The notes beneath the pieces were generated by a model that worked only from the letters and a program-made list of their open reading frames with translations, did no database searches and was not told where the DNA came from. A DNA stretch of 64,000 nucleotides, taken from positions 17,109 to 81,108 of the IMG/VR virus record IMGVR_UViG_3300044609_000988; one strand, 5' to 3'. Below, piece by piece: positions 46,621 to 56,577 of the stretch (position 1 is the stretch's first letter; each line of letters begins with the position of its first letter). The position numbers were made by a program, and so were the translations under genes. Source of the DNA: a virus.

Positions 46621-46648
46621 TAATATTGACCTTATACAGGTGAGAACT

Positions 46649-46885
46649 ATGAATACCAAAACATGCCCAAAGTGTGGTGCTCAATGGATTGACAATCAGC
46701 ACTTCTGGACTGGCACGAACAAGAAAGGTGACGAATCAGAACTTGCTTCTTTGGTTTGTGACAAGTTTGGTGATGCTACATGCATCAATCCCTGCAAAGG
46801 AACCACTGATGGAAAGGGTTGGGAAAATAGATTAAATAATATGGATGCTATTGATAAAGATATTGAGCGTAGTTTGAATGGCTGA
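46649..46885 (+). CDS. Small Cys-rich hypothetical protein (CPKC…C…CINPC; possible Zn-binding)
   Basis: ATG 46649 follows SD-like AGGTGA (alternative start GTG 46640); overlaps the gp17 start. Confidence 0.75.
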   Translation: MNTKTCPKCGAQWIDNQHFWTGTNKKGDESELASLVCDKFGDATCINPCKGTTDGKGWENRLNNMDAIDKDIERSLNG

Positions 46886-48521
46886 TGACATTTATTTGGG
46901 CAATCCGCTTTTAAAGAAAGCGAACGTTGCCCATGATTGGACTAAAGAAGAAATTGAAGAATACTTAAAGTGTAAGGAAGATCCCGTATACTTTGCATTG
47001 AACTATGTAAAAATTGTTCAGGTTGACGAAGGTTTGATTCCTTTTAGGATGTACGACTTTCAAAAAGAGTTAGTGAAGAAGTTTCACGAAAATAGATTTA
47101 ACATTGCTAAACTACCAAGACAGACAGGGAAATCAACAGTTGTGGTTTCCTATCTGCTTCACTATGCTTTGTTTAATGATAGCTCCAACATCGGCATTCT
47201 AGCAAACAAAGCTTCTACCGCTAGAGACCTATTAGGAAGATTGCAGACTGCATACGAGAATCTTCCTAAGTGGTTGCAGCAAGGTGTTCTTTCGTGGAAC
47301 AAAGGTTCCATGGAACTGGAAAATGGTTCCAAGATCATGGCAGCTTCTACATCAGCATCTGCTGTGCGAGGGATGTCATTCAATATTATCTTTTTGGACG
47401 AATTTGCTTTCGTTCCAAACCATATTGCTGACGACTTCTTCTCGTCTGTATATCCTACTATTTCATCTGGACAAAGAACTAAAGTTATTATTATTTCTAC
47501 CCCATATGGTATGAACCACTTCTATAAGTTGTGGGTAGATGCACAAAACAAAAGAAACAATTATATCTGGACTGAGGTTCACTGGTCTGAAGTTCCTGGT
47601 CGTGACGAGAAGTGGAAAGAAGAAACAATCAAGAATACTTCTGAACGTCAGTTCACTCAGGAGTTTGAGTGCGAATTCTTAGGATCAGTTGATACTCTCA
47701 TTTCTGCTAATAAATTAAGAAATTTAGTATTTGATACTCCAATAAGTTCAAATAAAGGATTGGATGTTTACGAAGAACCAAATCAAAAAGCAGAATATAT
47801 TATGACTGCCGACGTATCGAGAGGTATTGGTGGCGACTATTCAGCGTTTATTGTTTTTGATATTACTACAGTTCCATATAAAGTAGTAGCGAAATACAGA
47901 AACAATGAAATTAAACCTATGCTTTTTCCTAATGTCATTAATGATGTAGCTAGAGCATACAATAATGCTTACGTATTATGTGAAGTCAATGACGTTGGTG
48001 ATCAGGTAGCATCTATTTTAAACTACGATCTTGAATATGCAAATGTATTGATGTGTTCTATGCGTGGTAGAGCGGGACAGATTGTTGGCCAAGGTTTCTC
48101 TGGAAACAAAACTCAACTTGGAGTCAAGATGAGTATCACTGTTAAAAAAGTTGGTTGTCAAAACCTCAAGCAAATTATTGAAGACGATAAATTGCTATTC
48201 AGGGATTACGAAATTATTAATGAGCTTACCACATTTATTCAGAAAAAGCAATCCTTTGAAGCAGACGATGGATTCCATGATGACCTTGTGATGTGTTTGG
48301 TAATCTTTGCTTGGTTGGCAGTTCAAGATTATTTTAAAGAGATGACGGACAATGATGTTCGCCAAAGAATCTACGAAGAACAAAAAAATCAAATTGAACA
48401 AGATATGGCTCCATTTGGGTTTATTACTACTGGCTTGGAGGGAGATGAAGGATTTGTATCTGACGGTAGTATTTGGTATGGAGATACACAAGAAGATGTA
48501 TCGTATATGTGGAACAACTGA
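46878..48521 (+). CDS. gp17: Terminase large subunit gp17
   Basis: LPRQTGKST Walker A; IIFLDEFAF Walker B; ADVSRG and HDDLVM nuclease motifs. Confidence 0.97.
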   Translation: MADDIYLGNPLLKKANVAHDWTKEEIEEYLKCKEDPVYFALNYVKIVQVDEGLIPFRMYDFQKELVKKFHENRFNIAKLPRQTGKSTVVVSYLLHYALFNDSSNIGILANKASTARDLLGRLQTAYENLPKWLQQGVLSWNKGSMELENGSKIMAASTSASAVRGMSFNIIFLDEFAFVPNHIADDFFSSVYPTISSGQRTKVIIISTPYGMNHFYKLWVDAQNKRNNYIWTEVHWSEVPGRDEKWKEETIKNTSERQFTQEFECEFLGSVDTLISANKLRNLVFDTPISSNKGLDVYEEPNQKAEYIMTADVSRGIGGDYSAFIVFDITTVPYKVVAKYRNNEIKPMLFPNVINDVARAYNNAYVLCEVNDVGDQVASILNYDLEYANVLMCSMRGRAGQIVGQGFSGNKTQLGVKMSITVKKVGCQNLKQIIEDDKLLFRDYEIINELTTFIQKKQSFEADDGFHDDLVMCLVIFAWLAVQDYFKEMTDNDVRQRIYEEQKNQIEQDMAPFGFITTGLEGDEGFVSDGSIWYGDTQEDVSYMWNN

Positions 48522-48525
48522 TTTT

Positions 48526-48533
48526 CATAAATA
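48526..48533 (+). promoter_or_regulatory. Late promoter (CATAAATA) for gp18
   Basis: Intergenic; SD GAGGAG downstream. Confidence 0.75.
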
Positions 48534-48572
48534 ATTTTAGATTTAAATGGATAAAACCGAGAGGAGAATAAA

Positions 48573-50555
48573 ATGGCAAGTCAAGTCTCGCCTGGAATTA
48601 TTTTAAAAGAGCGTGACCTATCTAATGTCGTAATAGTCGGTGCTCAGCAGATCACTGCCGCTATTGCTGGTGCTTTCGTAAAGGGACCTATTAATCAAAT
48701 CACAAATATCAGTTCACAAAGAGAATTGGTAAATATTTTTGGAAAGCCATCAGATGCTAACGCCGAAGATTGGTATGTAGCTTCTGAGTTTTTAAGCTAT
48801 GGTGGTAGATTAGCTGTAGTTCGCACATCTACTGGTGTAGAAAATGCTAGTACCGATGGTGGTTATCTAGTTAAGAACGACCAGGATTGGATTTCTGGTG
48901 GTTTTATTTCAGAAACTTTTGTTGCCAGAACTGCAGGAACTTGGGGCAATTCACTTCTAGTTGCTGTAGTTGATAGAGGTGCAGATCAGTACGTAACTTT
49001 AAGTGCTGCTCCCGATGTTATTGCCCAGCAAACTATTTTAGAATTTACCAACGGAAAAACTGCAGAAGTAGTTTCTTGGGATGCTCAAACTTTAGTAGCA
49101 TCTATTCTTTTAACCAACGGTTCTGGATTAATTGCTTCTGGAGATGTTTTAGAAGGAGGGAGTGTTTTACCAGGAGCAGCTGCTATCACTGCAACTGCTG
49201 TTTCTGATTGGTACACCAACACAGAAATTACTTATGGAATGGGCCAAACAACAGGTATTAAGTTATCCGCAATCGGTCCTCGTCCAGGAACTTCAGAATA
49301 TGCTTCAACTAAAGGAATTGAATGGGACGAAGTACACGTAGCCGTTATTGATTTAAATGGTATTATTTCTGGTTCCGCAAATAATATTGTTGAAACGTTT
49401 ACATACCTTTCAAAACTTGGTGATGGCAAGAGCACTGAAGGTGCTGACACTTATTACAGAAACGTAATTAATCAGCAATCATCATATATCTTTACTGGTG
49501 CTCATCCTTCAACTCAATATAATGTAGGCAACGGAGCTGCCTATTATGCATGGGGATTACAATCATCTGAAATGGAATCAGGTGATAAATTTACCTTAGC
49601 TCTAGTAGCTTCCAATGCTCTCTATGGTGGTGTTGATGATTATCAGTACAACTCAGCAGAGTATGGCGATGCTATTGATCTATTCTTAGATACAGAAGAA
49701 ACCAATGTAGATTTCATCCTTATGGGTGGATCTATGACACTAGAAAATGATACCAAAGCTAAAGCTAACAAAGTCATTTCTATTGCTGCTTCGAGAAAAG
49801 ATTGCATCGCCTTCGTATCTCCTCACAAAGGAAATCAGGTAGGTAGCAATGGTGCTTTAACTTCTTCACAGCAAAAAGTTAATACCATCAATTTCTTCAA
49901 TGGTTTAACTTCAACCTCATTCGCAATTTTTGATAGCGGTTATAAGTATTTCTATGATCGTTTCAATGATAAGTATCGCTACCTCCCATGTAATGGAGAC
50001 GTAGCTGGACTATGTGTATCTACTTCTGCTACTCTAGACGATTGGTATTCGCCAGCTGGAGTAAATAGAGGTTCTCTACGCAATGCAGTCAGACTTGCTT
50101 ACAATCCAAACAAAGCTGATAGAGATGAGCTTTATCAGGCAAGAATCAATCCTATTGTTTCTTTCCCTGGCTCTGGTGTAACTCTGTTTGGTGATAAGAC
50201 TGCTCTTGCTTCTCCAAGTGCTTTCGATAGAATTAACGTTCGTCGTTTATTCTTAAACATCGAAAAAAGAGTAGGCGATCTTTCCAAGCAAGTTCTATTT
50301 GAACAGAACGATGAAGCTACTAGATCTTCATTCTCAAGCGCCGTTAATGCTTACTTGAACGAAGTTCAAGCAAGAAGAGGCGTTACAGATTTCCTTGTGG
50401 TTTGTAATGAATCAAACAATACTCCTGATGTTATTGACCGAAATGAATTCGTTGCTGAAATTTACATCAAACCAACCCGCTCCATCAACTATATCACGGT
50501 TACATTCACTGCAACCAAGACTGGAGTATCTTTTAACGAAGTAGTTGGTCGTTAA
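48573..50555 (+). CDS. gp18: Tail sheath protein gp18
   Basis: SPGIILKERD; WYSPAG.NRG; FDRINVRRLF; IKPTRSINYI. Confidence 0.97.
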   Translation: MASQVSPGIILKERDLSNVVIVGAQQITAAIAGAFVKGPINQITNISSQRELVNIFGKPSDANAEDWYVASEFLSYGGRLAVVRTSTGVENASTDGGYLVKNDQDWISGGFISETFVARTAGTWGNSLLVAVVDRGADQYVTLSAAPDVIAQQTILEFTNGKTAEVVSWDAQTLVASILLTNGSGLIASGDVLEGGSVLPGAAAITATAVSDWYTNTEITYGMGQTTGIKLSAIGPRPGTSEYASTKGIEWDEVHVAVIDLNGIISGSANNIVETFTYLSKLGDGKSTEGADTYYRNVINQQSSYIFTGAHPSTQYNVGNGAAYYAWGLQSSEMESGDKFTLALVASNALYGGVDDYQYNSAEYGDAIDLFLDTEETNVDFILMGGSMTLENDTKAKANKVISIAASRKDCIAFVSPHKGNQVGSNGALTSSQQKVNTINFFNGLTSTSFAIFDSGYKYFYDRFNDKYRYLPCNGDVAGLCVSTSATLDDWYSPAGVNRGSLRNAVRLAYNPNKADRDELYQARINPIVSFPGSGVTLFGDKTALASPSAFDRINVRRLFLNIEKRVGDLSKQVLFEQNDEATRSSFSSAVNAYLNEVQARRGVTDFLVVCNESNNTPDVIDRNEFVAEIYIKPTRSINYITVTFTATKTGVSFNEVVGR

Positions 50556-50584
50556 TTTATAAAACAACAACGAGGTAAACTAAA

Positions 50585-51235
50585 ATGGCAAAAGTATACA
50601 CAAGTAAAATCAACGATTTTATTAATAAGGTAGGACAAGGCGTAAAGCCTAATATGTTCGTGGTCGATATTGTATTTCCAACTGGCGCCATTGGCGCTGG
50701 TGGAGATGGCACTGCAACCGTAACATCTGAGCAAGACAAAGAGCTTGTCAATATTATGTGCAAATCAGCAGCTCTTCCTGCATCTAATCTAGGTGTTATT
50801 GAAGTTCCTTTCCGTGGAAGAACAGTAAAGATTGCTGGCGATAGAACTTTCGACACCTGGAGCCCAACATTTATTAATGATAAGGACTTCAAAGTTCGTG
50901 CCTTGATGGAGCAATGGTCAGAAGCTATTAATGGTCATGCTGGTAATACTGCTGATCTATTAACTCCACTATCTGGTGACGCAAGTGGCTATACTGCTCA
51001 CATGTTTGTTCACCAATTAGAGAAAGGTTCTACTCCAGATTCTTCAAATATTTTAAGAACTTACAAACTTTGGTATGCATTCCCTACCAATATTTCTCAA
51101 ATTGATCTTGGCTATGATAGCAATGATCAAATTGAAGAGTTCTCAGTTGAATTCCAATACTCATATTGGACATCAGAACCAGTATCTTCTCCAAGAGCTG
51201 GAGTAACAACTCGTCAAGTTAACGCTGACGTTTGA
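50585..51235 (+). CDS. gp19: Tail tube protein gp19
   Basis: CKSAALPASNLG.IEVPFRGR.VKIAGDRTFDTW; IEEFSVEFQY. Confidence 0.96.
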   Translation: MAKVYTSKINDFINKVGQGVKPNMFVVDIVFPTGAIGAGGDGTATVTSEQDKELVNIMCKSAALPASNLGVIEVPFRGRTVKIAGDRTFDTWSPTFINDKDFKVRALMEQWSEAINGHAGNTADLLTPLSGDASGYTAHMFVHQLEKGSTPDSSNILRTYKLWYAFPTNISQIDLGYDSNDQIEEFSVEFQYSYWTSEPVSSPRAGVTTRQVNADV

Positions 51236-51237
51236 TA

Positions 51238-51245
51238 ACTAAATA
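51238..51245 (+). promoter_or_regulatory. Late promoter variant (ACTAAATA) for gp20
   Basis: Intergenic, between gp19 and gp20. Confidence 0.6.
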
Positions 51246-51269
51246 GAGTATCGAATTAAATAATTTAAT

Positions 51270-52958
51270 ATGAGTCAACTGTTTGGATTTAAAATCAACA
51301 AAAAGGAGGGATTGAAAGGTCAGTCCCCAATTCCTCCTAATCAAGATGATGCCGTAGCCACTGTAGCAGGTGGCTATTTTGGCACGTATGTTGATGTTGA
51401 GGGCGTATCCAGAAATGAGTATGAGCTTATTCAACGTTATCGTAGTATGGCGTTGCACCCAGAATGTGATTCGGCTATTGATGAAATTGTAAACGAATTT
51501 GTAGTATCAGACGCTGACGATTCTCCTATAGAAATTGAGCTATCCAATTTAGATATTGGTCAAAATATTAAAACTAAAATTAGACAAGAATTTAATAACA
51601 TCTTAAGGATGTTAAAATTTGATAAAAATGCCCACCAAATTATTCGTAATTGGTATATTGATGGTCGCATGTATTATCATAAAGTTGTTGATTTAGATAA
51701 TCCAAAGAAAGGCATTTTAGAACTTAGATATATTGATCCCCTAAAGATTAAAAAAGTACGTCAAAAAATTAACAAGGACGAAGCAGAAAAGCATTTACAA
51801 AAAGGTTCTGGTTTAGAATTTGATTGGGGCGATTATATTGAATATTACATTTACAATCCACAAGGATTTGGTGTAGCTGGTGTACCAAATACTACAGGAT
51901 CTTTTAATTATGCAAACAGCCAAGGTATCAAGATGGCTGTGGATTCTGTTGCTAATTCAGATTCTGGATTAAAGGATACTAACAAGAAGATTGTAATCAG
52001 CTTTTTACACAAAGCAATCAAGTCACTCAACCAGCTAAGAATGATTGAGGACTCACTGGTTATCTATAGATTGTCCCGTGCTCCAGAGCGTCGTATTTTT
52101 TACATTGATGTTGGTAATCTTCCTAAGGTAAAAGCAGAGCAATACCTTCGTGATGTTATGGCAAGATATCGCAACAAGTTGGTATATGATTCTGCTACTG
52201 GAGAAATCCGTGATGACAAAAAGCATATGAGTATGCTTGAGGACTTCTGGTTGCCTCGTAGAGAAGGTGGTCGTGGCACAGAAATTACTACACTTCCTGG
52301 TGGTCAGAATCTTGGCGAACTAAAAGACGTAGAATACTTCAGAAAGAAACTATACAATTCATTAAACCTGCCACCATCTCGTTTAACAGATGACAACAAA
52401 GCATTCAACCTAGGTAAAACAACAGAAGTTCTTCGTGACGAACTTAAATTTGCTAAGTTTATTGGTCGTCTACGCAAAAGATTTTCTGAGCTATTCCACG
52501 ATATTTTAAAAACTCAATTAATTCTGAAGGGCATAGTCACACCAGAAGATTGGGAAGAAATGGAAGAGCATATTCAATATGACTTCCTATTCGACAATCA
52601 CTTCAATGAATTAAAAGAAGTTGAACTGATGAAAGAGCGTCTAGCTCTTGTCACAGAAATGGATCCATTTGTTGGAAAATATTTTTCAACTGAATATATT
52701 CGTCGTCAAATTCTTATGCAAACTGATAAAGAGTATAGAGAACTTGACAAGCAAATGAAGAAAGATATTAAGTCTGGCATTGCAATAGATCCATCGGATT
52801 CTATGGCTTTAGATACTATGTCTAGACAAAATGATGCATTTGCTCCAGAAATTCAAGATGCTCAAGCTGAAGTAGATGCTCAAAGAGCATTAGATGCGGA
52901 AAAAGAAAAAGCAAAATTAGCTCCAAAACCAAGTTCAAATAAACCTTCTGCTAAATAA
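51270..52958 (+). CDS. gp20: Portal vertex protein gp20
   Basis: YRLSRAPERRIFYIDVGNLPK; MLEDFWLPRREGGRGTEITTLPGGQNLG. Confidence 0.98.
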   Translation: MSQLFGFKINKKEGLKGQSPIPPNQDDAVATVAGGYFGTYVDVEGVSRNEYELIQRYRSMALHPECDSAIDEIVNEFVVSDADDSPIEIELSNLDIGQNIKTKIRQEFNNILRMLKFDKNAHQIIRNWYIDGRMYYHKVVDLDNPKKGILELRYIDPLKIKKVRQKINKDEAEKHLQKGSGLEFDWGDYIEYYIYNPQGFGVAGVPNTTGSFNYANSQGIKMAVDSVANSDSGLKDTNKKIVISFLHKAIKSLNQLRMIEDSLVIYRLSRAPERRIFYIDVGNLPKVKAEQYLRDVMARYRNKLVYDSATGEIRDDKKHMSMLEDFWLPRREGGRGTEITTLPGGQNLGELKDVEYFRKKLYNSLNLPPSRLTDDNKAFNLGKTTEVLRDELKFAKFIGRLRKRFSELFHDILKTQLILKGIVTPEDWEEMEEHIQYDFLFDNHFNELKEVELMKERLALVTEMDPFVGKYFSTEYIRRQILMQTDKEYRELDKQMKKDIKSGIAIDPSDSMALDTMSRQNDAFAPEIQDAQAEVDAQRALDAEKEKAKLAPKPSSNKPSAK

Positions 52959-52982
52959 TACTATAAATTAACGTTTATTTAT

Positions 52983-53159
52983 ATGTCTAACACTTTGGAT
53001 ATTGTGAATTTGATTGCAAACAAAAACAAAGCAGAAGCCTTAGATGCTGTTCATGATCTAATGCAAATTTCTGCTGCTGAAGCTATTGGCTTGTACAAAC
53101 AAGCAGTTGCTTCAACTTATTTCAACGAGCCAGTAGATTCACTAGAAACAGAACAATGA
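52983..53159 (+). CDS. 58-aa protein in the gp67/gp68 prohead-core position (not in ORF track)
   Basis: MSNTLDIVNLIANKNKAEALDAVHDLM…ETEQ*, translated by hand; fills the gp20-gp21 gap; ATGA overlap with gp21. Confidence 0.75.
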   Translation: MSNTLDIVNLIANKNKAEALDAVHDLMQISAAEAIGLYKQAVASTYFNEPVDSLETEQ

Positions 53160-53800
53160 AACTAATCACAGAAAATATCGAAGAGATTAGCGTTCTTGTA
53201 GAAGAAGCTAACGGAAAAAAGCATCTTTATATTGAAGGTGTATTTTTACAATCCGAAATTAAAAACCGTAATGGGCGAGTATATCCCTTCGATGTATTAA
53301 ATCGTGAAGTTCAACGTTATAATGAAAGTTATGTTAAGTCTGGTCGTGCTCTAGGAGAACTAGGACATCCAGATGGTCCAACGGTAAATCTCGATCGTGT
53401 ATCACACCGCATCACAGAACTACGTGCTGATGGCACTAACTTCTACGGTAAGGCAAGAATTTTAGAAACCCCAATGGGAAATATTGCCAAGTCTCTTTTG
53501 GAAGAAGGAGTTAAGCTTGGAGTATCTTCCCGTGGTATGGGATCTTTAGAAGAAAAGAACGGAGCGAATTATGTTCGTGACGATTTTATGCTTGCTACTG
53601 CTGCGGATATTGTAGCTGATCCTTCTGCTCCCGACGCATTTGTGAATGGAATTATGGAAGGTAAAGAGTGGATTTGGGAAAATGGTATTCTGCGTGAACA
53701 ACAGATTACTAAATATCATAGATATATTTCCGAATCTACTAGGAAAAACCTAGAGGAAAGAAAGCTTAATGCATTCAAGCATTTCCTTTCAAATCTCTAA
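53156..53800 (+). CDS. gp21: Prohead protease gp21
   Basis: NRNGRVYP; ALGELGHP; GVSSRGMGSL; DIVADPSAPDA. Confidence 0.97.
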   Translation: MKLITENIEEISVLVEEANGKKHLYIEGVFLQSEIKNRNGRVYPFDVLNREVQRYNESYVKSGRALGELGHPDGPTVNLDRVSHRITELRADGTNFYGKARILETPMGNIAKSLLEEGVKLGVSSRGMGSLEEKNGANYVRDDFMLATAADIVADPSAPDAFVNGIMEGKEWIWENGILREQQITKYHRYISESTRKNLEERKLNAFKHFLSNL

Positions 53801-53803
53801 TTT

Positions 53804-53811
53804 AATAAATA
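53804..53811 (+). promoter_or_regulatory. Late promoter (AATAAATA) for gp22
   Basis: Intergenic; SD GAGG downstream. Confidence 0.7.
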
Positions 53812-53850
53812 ATCTTAGAATAATCGTAAAAGAAGTCCGAGGAAACTCAA

Positions 53851-55008
53851 ATGTCAGATATGTTAAACGAAAGATTTGAGGAGCTTGTTAAGGAGCAACA
53901 TATTGTTCTAGAAGCTGGCGATCCAATGCCAACGGTAACTGCTTCAGTTATTCCTGCTTCTGGTAGTGAGCCTTCTCAAATCTCCGATGTACAAACCGCT
54001 AAGGCTGGGGGTAAAGATCCTGCACCTTCAGTACCACCCACGGTTGCTATCGGTCAGAAAGCCGCAACTGATTTAGGTGGTTCAACTTCAGGTCCTCTTC
54101 ATGATAATGAAGAAGAAGGTGAAGAAAACCCTGGAGCTAAAGCAGCTGCACCTATCTCACAAATTTCTGGTGATGCTCAACAAGCTCATCAAAATAGTGC
54201 AGGAGATATGGGAACCACTCCAACTGTTGGTGTAGAAGTTGCTTATGGAACTAAAAAAGGTCCTAATGTAACTTATCCAATCAAGCCTTCTTTCGAAGAG
54301 TTAGATCTTTCGAGTGATGTTGCTGCTCTAACCGAAGGCGAGGAGCTTTCCGAGGAGTACAAAGATAAAGCAAAAACAATTTTTGAAGCTGCTGTAAAAG
54401 CTAAGCTTGTTGAAGAACATGCCAAGCTTGTTGAGCACTTCCAAACAAAACTTGATGAGCATGTACAGGCTGTTAAAGCTGAGCTTGCTGAAGAAGTTAA
54501 CGGTACTATCAAGTATGGTATCGGTCAGTGGATCGAGCAAAATCAAGTTGCTATCGATCGTGGTGTACGCAATGAAATCACTGAAGATTTTATTGCGGGT
54601 CTCAAAAATCTATTCCAAGAGCATTATATTAATATTCCCGAGGACAAAGTTGAAGTCGTCGAGGAAATGGTTGACGAGCTTCGTGAAATGGAACAGCGCC
54701 TCAACGAACAAATTGAGCGTAACGTGGAATTAAATAATCGTCTTGCCGAGTCAACGAAAGCAGTAATTCTGAACCAAGTTTCAGAAGGTCTTGCCGATAC
54801 TCAGAAAGAGAAACTTGCTTCATTGTCTGAAGGAATTACTTACGAAACAGCAGAGAGATTTGCTGAGTCTGTGAAGACGCTTCGCAAGTCATATTTCCCT
54901 GAATCAGTATCACATTCTGAAGTAGGTGATGACAATCCAGTAACACTTAGCGAAGAAGTATCACCAGCTATGGCTGCGTACTTAAATGCTATTTCACGCT
55001 GGAAATAA
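53851..55008 (+). CDS. gp22: Prohead core scaffold protein gp22
   Basis: LSEEYKDKAKTIFEAAV; acidic coiled coil; C-terminal MAAYLNAI; lies between gp21 and gp23. Confidence 0.92.
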   Translation: MSDMLNERFEELVKEQHIVLEAGDPMPTVTASVIPASGSEPSQISDVQTAKAGGKDPAPSVPPTVAIGQKAATDLGGSTSGPLHDNEEEGEENPGAKAAAPISQISGDAQQAHQNSAGDMGTTPTVGVEVAYGTKKGPNVTYPIKPSFEELDLSSDVAALTEGEELSEEYKDKAKTIFEAAVKAKLVEEHAKLVEHFQTKLDEHVQAVKAELAEEVNGTIKYGIGQWIEQNQVAIDRGVRNEITEDFIAGLKNLFQEHYINIPEDKVEVVEEMVDELREMEQRLNEQIERNVELNNRLAESTKAVILNQVSEGLADTQKEKLASLSEGITYETAERFAESVKTLRKSYFPESVSHSEVGDDNPVTLSEEVSPAMAAYLNAISRWK

Positions 55009-55015
55009 TTTAAAT

Positions 55016-55023
55016 CATAAATA
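55016..55023 (+). promoter_or_regulatory. Late promoter (CATAAATA) for gp23
   Basis: Intergenic; SD GAGGT before ATG 55058. Confidence 0.75.
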
Positions 55024-55057
55024 TTAACAAACGACAACAAACGTTTAAGAGGTAAAA

Positions 55058-56497
55058 ATGTTCAACGCTTCCCAACTTACAGAGAAGTGGGCACCTGTTC
55101 TCAACCATTCCGAGGCTCCTGCCATCACGGATAAGTACAAGCAGGCTGTAACCGCTGTAATTCTAGAGAACCAAGAGAGAGCACTTCGTGAAAACGCAAT
55201 GCTCACCGAAGCTCCTAACACCGTAGGTGCTATTGGTCCTAACGCACTTTCAGGTTCAGGTCTTGACACCAAAACTGGTGGTCTAGCTGGTTTCGATCCT
55301 ATCATGATCAGCCTAGTCCGTCGTGCCATGCCTAACCTAATGGCTTATGACATCTGTGGTGTTCAGCCAATGAGCGGCCCCACTGGTCTAATCTTCGCCA
55401 TGAAGGCTCACTATCAGCATAATGGTGCTGCTGGTCTACGCCAAGGTCGTGAAGCTCTATTCAACGAGCCTGATGTTAACTTCTCTGCTAACACTCAGGG
55501 TCCTGCTGCTTACAACGATCCCGTCAACCCACTCGGCGTTGCCAACGATCCTGCTTACGCAGAATCAAACCCAGGTCTTCTTAACGACGCTGGTGCTGGT
55601 GCTGGTACTTACGAGCGTGGCGTTCGTCCTATTGCCCGTGAGACTGCCGAAGTTCTAGGATCAGGTGCAACCCTGTTCAACGAAATGAGCTTCAGCATCG
55701 AGAAGACTGCTGTAACCGCCAGAACCAGAGCCCTCCGCTCAGAGTACACTCTAGAGCTAGCTCAGGATCTTAAGGCTGTTCACGGTCTTGACGCTGAGCA
55801 AGAGCTAGCCAACATCCTCAGCTCGGAGATCCTTGCTGAAATCAACCGTGAAGTCGTTCGTACTGTATACACCATCGCTAAGCCTGGTGCTCAGAACAAC
55901 GTTGCCCGTGCTGGCGTATTTGACCTTGACGTTGATTCAAACGGTCGTTGGTCAGTTGAGAAGTTCAAAGGTCTTCTATTCCAAGTTGAGCGTGATGCTA
56001 ATGCTATCGCTCAGGAAACTCGTAGAGGCAAAGGTAACTTCCTAATCTGCTCTGCTGACGTAGCTTCGGCTCTAGCCATGGCTGGTGTTCTTGACTACTC
56101 CTCAGGTCTAAACGGTGCTGGTGGTCCTTCCATCGGTCAGGTTGATGACACTGGCAACCTCGCTGTTGGCACCATCAACGGTCGTATCAAGGTCTTCGTT
56201 GATCCTTATTCGGCTAACGTATCGAATGATCACTACTACGTCATGGGTTATAAGGGCACATCACCTTATGATGCTGGTCTATTCTATTGCCCATACGTTC
56301 CCCTCCAGATGCTACGCAGCATTGATCCTCAGACCTTCCAGCCTAAGATCGGCTTCAAGACCCGTTATGGCATGGTTGCTAACCCATTCGTATTCAACGG
56401 TGTTGATGCCAATGGCGTTCCCATCCCTGATGCTGAGACCCTCACTGCTTCGAAGAACATGTACTACAGACGTGTTCGTATTCAGAACCTCATGTGA
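55058..56497 (+). CDS. gp23: Major capsid protein gp23
   Basis: ICGVQPMSGPTGLIFAM; YTLELAQDLKAVHGLDAEQEL; FYCPYVPL; FQPKIGFKTRYG. Confidence 0.98.
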   Translation: MFNASQLTEKWAPVLNHSEAPAITDKYKQAVTAVILENQERALRENAMLTEAPNTVGAIGPNALSGSGLDTKTGGLAGFDPIMISLVRRAMPNLMAYDICGVQPMSGPTGLIFAMKAHYQHNGAAGLRQGREALFNEPDVNFSANTQGPAAYNDPVNPLGVANDPAYAESNPGLLNDAGAGAGTYERGVRPIARETAEVLGSGATLFNEMSFSIEKTAVTARTRALRSEYTLELAQDLKAVHGLDAEQELANILSSEILAEINREVVRTVYTIAKPGAQNNVARAGVFDLDVDSNGRWSVEKFKGLLFQVERDANAIAQETRRGKGNFLICSADVASALAMAGVLDYSSGLNGAGGPSIGQVDDTGNLAVGTINGRIKVFVDPYSANVSNDHYYVMGYKGTSPYDAGLFYCPYVPLQMLRSIDPQTFQPKIGFKTRYGMVANPFVFNGVDANGVPIPDAETLTASKNMYYRRVRIQNLM

Positions 56498-56515
56498 GTC
56501 TTTCTCACAATTTTC

Positions 56516-56542
56516 AAGAGTCCCTTCGGGGGCTCTTTTTTT
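56516..56542 (+). terminator. Rho-independent terminator after gp23 (C-UUCG-G tetraloop)
   Basis: AAGAGTCCC TTCG GGGGCTCTT followed by a T run. Confidence 0.92.
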
Positions 56543-56547
56543 ATGCA

Positions 56548-56555
56548 AATAAATA
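56548..56555 (+). promoter_or_regulatory. Late promoter (AATAAATA) for gp3-uvsY-uvsW
   Basis: Just after the gp23 terminator, 22 nt before ATG 56578. Confidence 0.7.
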
Positions 56556-56577
56556 TATTATAGCTTGGGAAGTTGAC

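Noticed and set aside
51400-51408. GAGGGCGTA in gp20 matching the core of the dispersed element
   Set aside because: It lacks the upstream GCC, the downstream GG..CC, the right arm and the GC3 island; probably chance.
56494-56577. Extended N-terminus of gp3 in the ORF track
   Set aside because: It runs through the gp23 terminator and late promoter; ATG 56578 is the plausible start.
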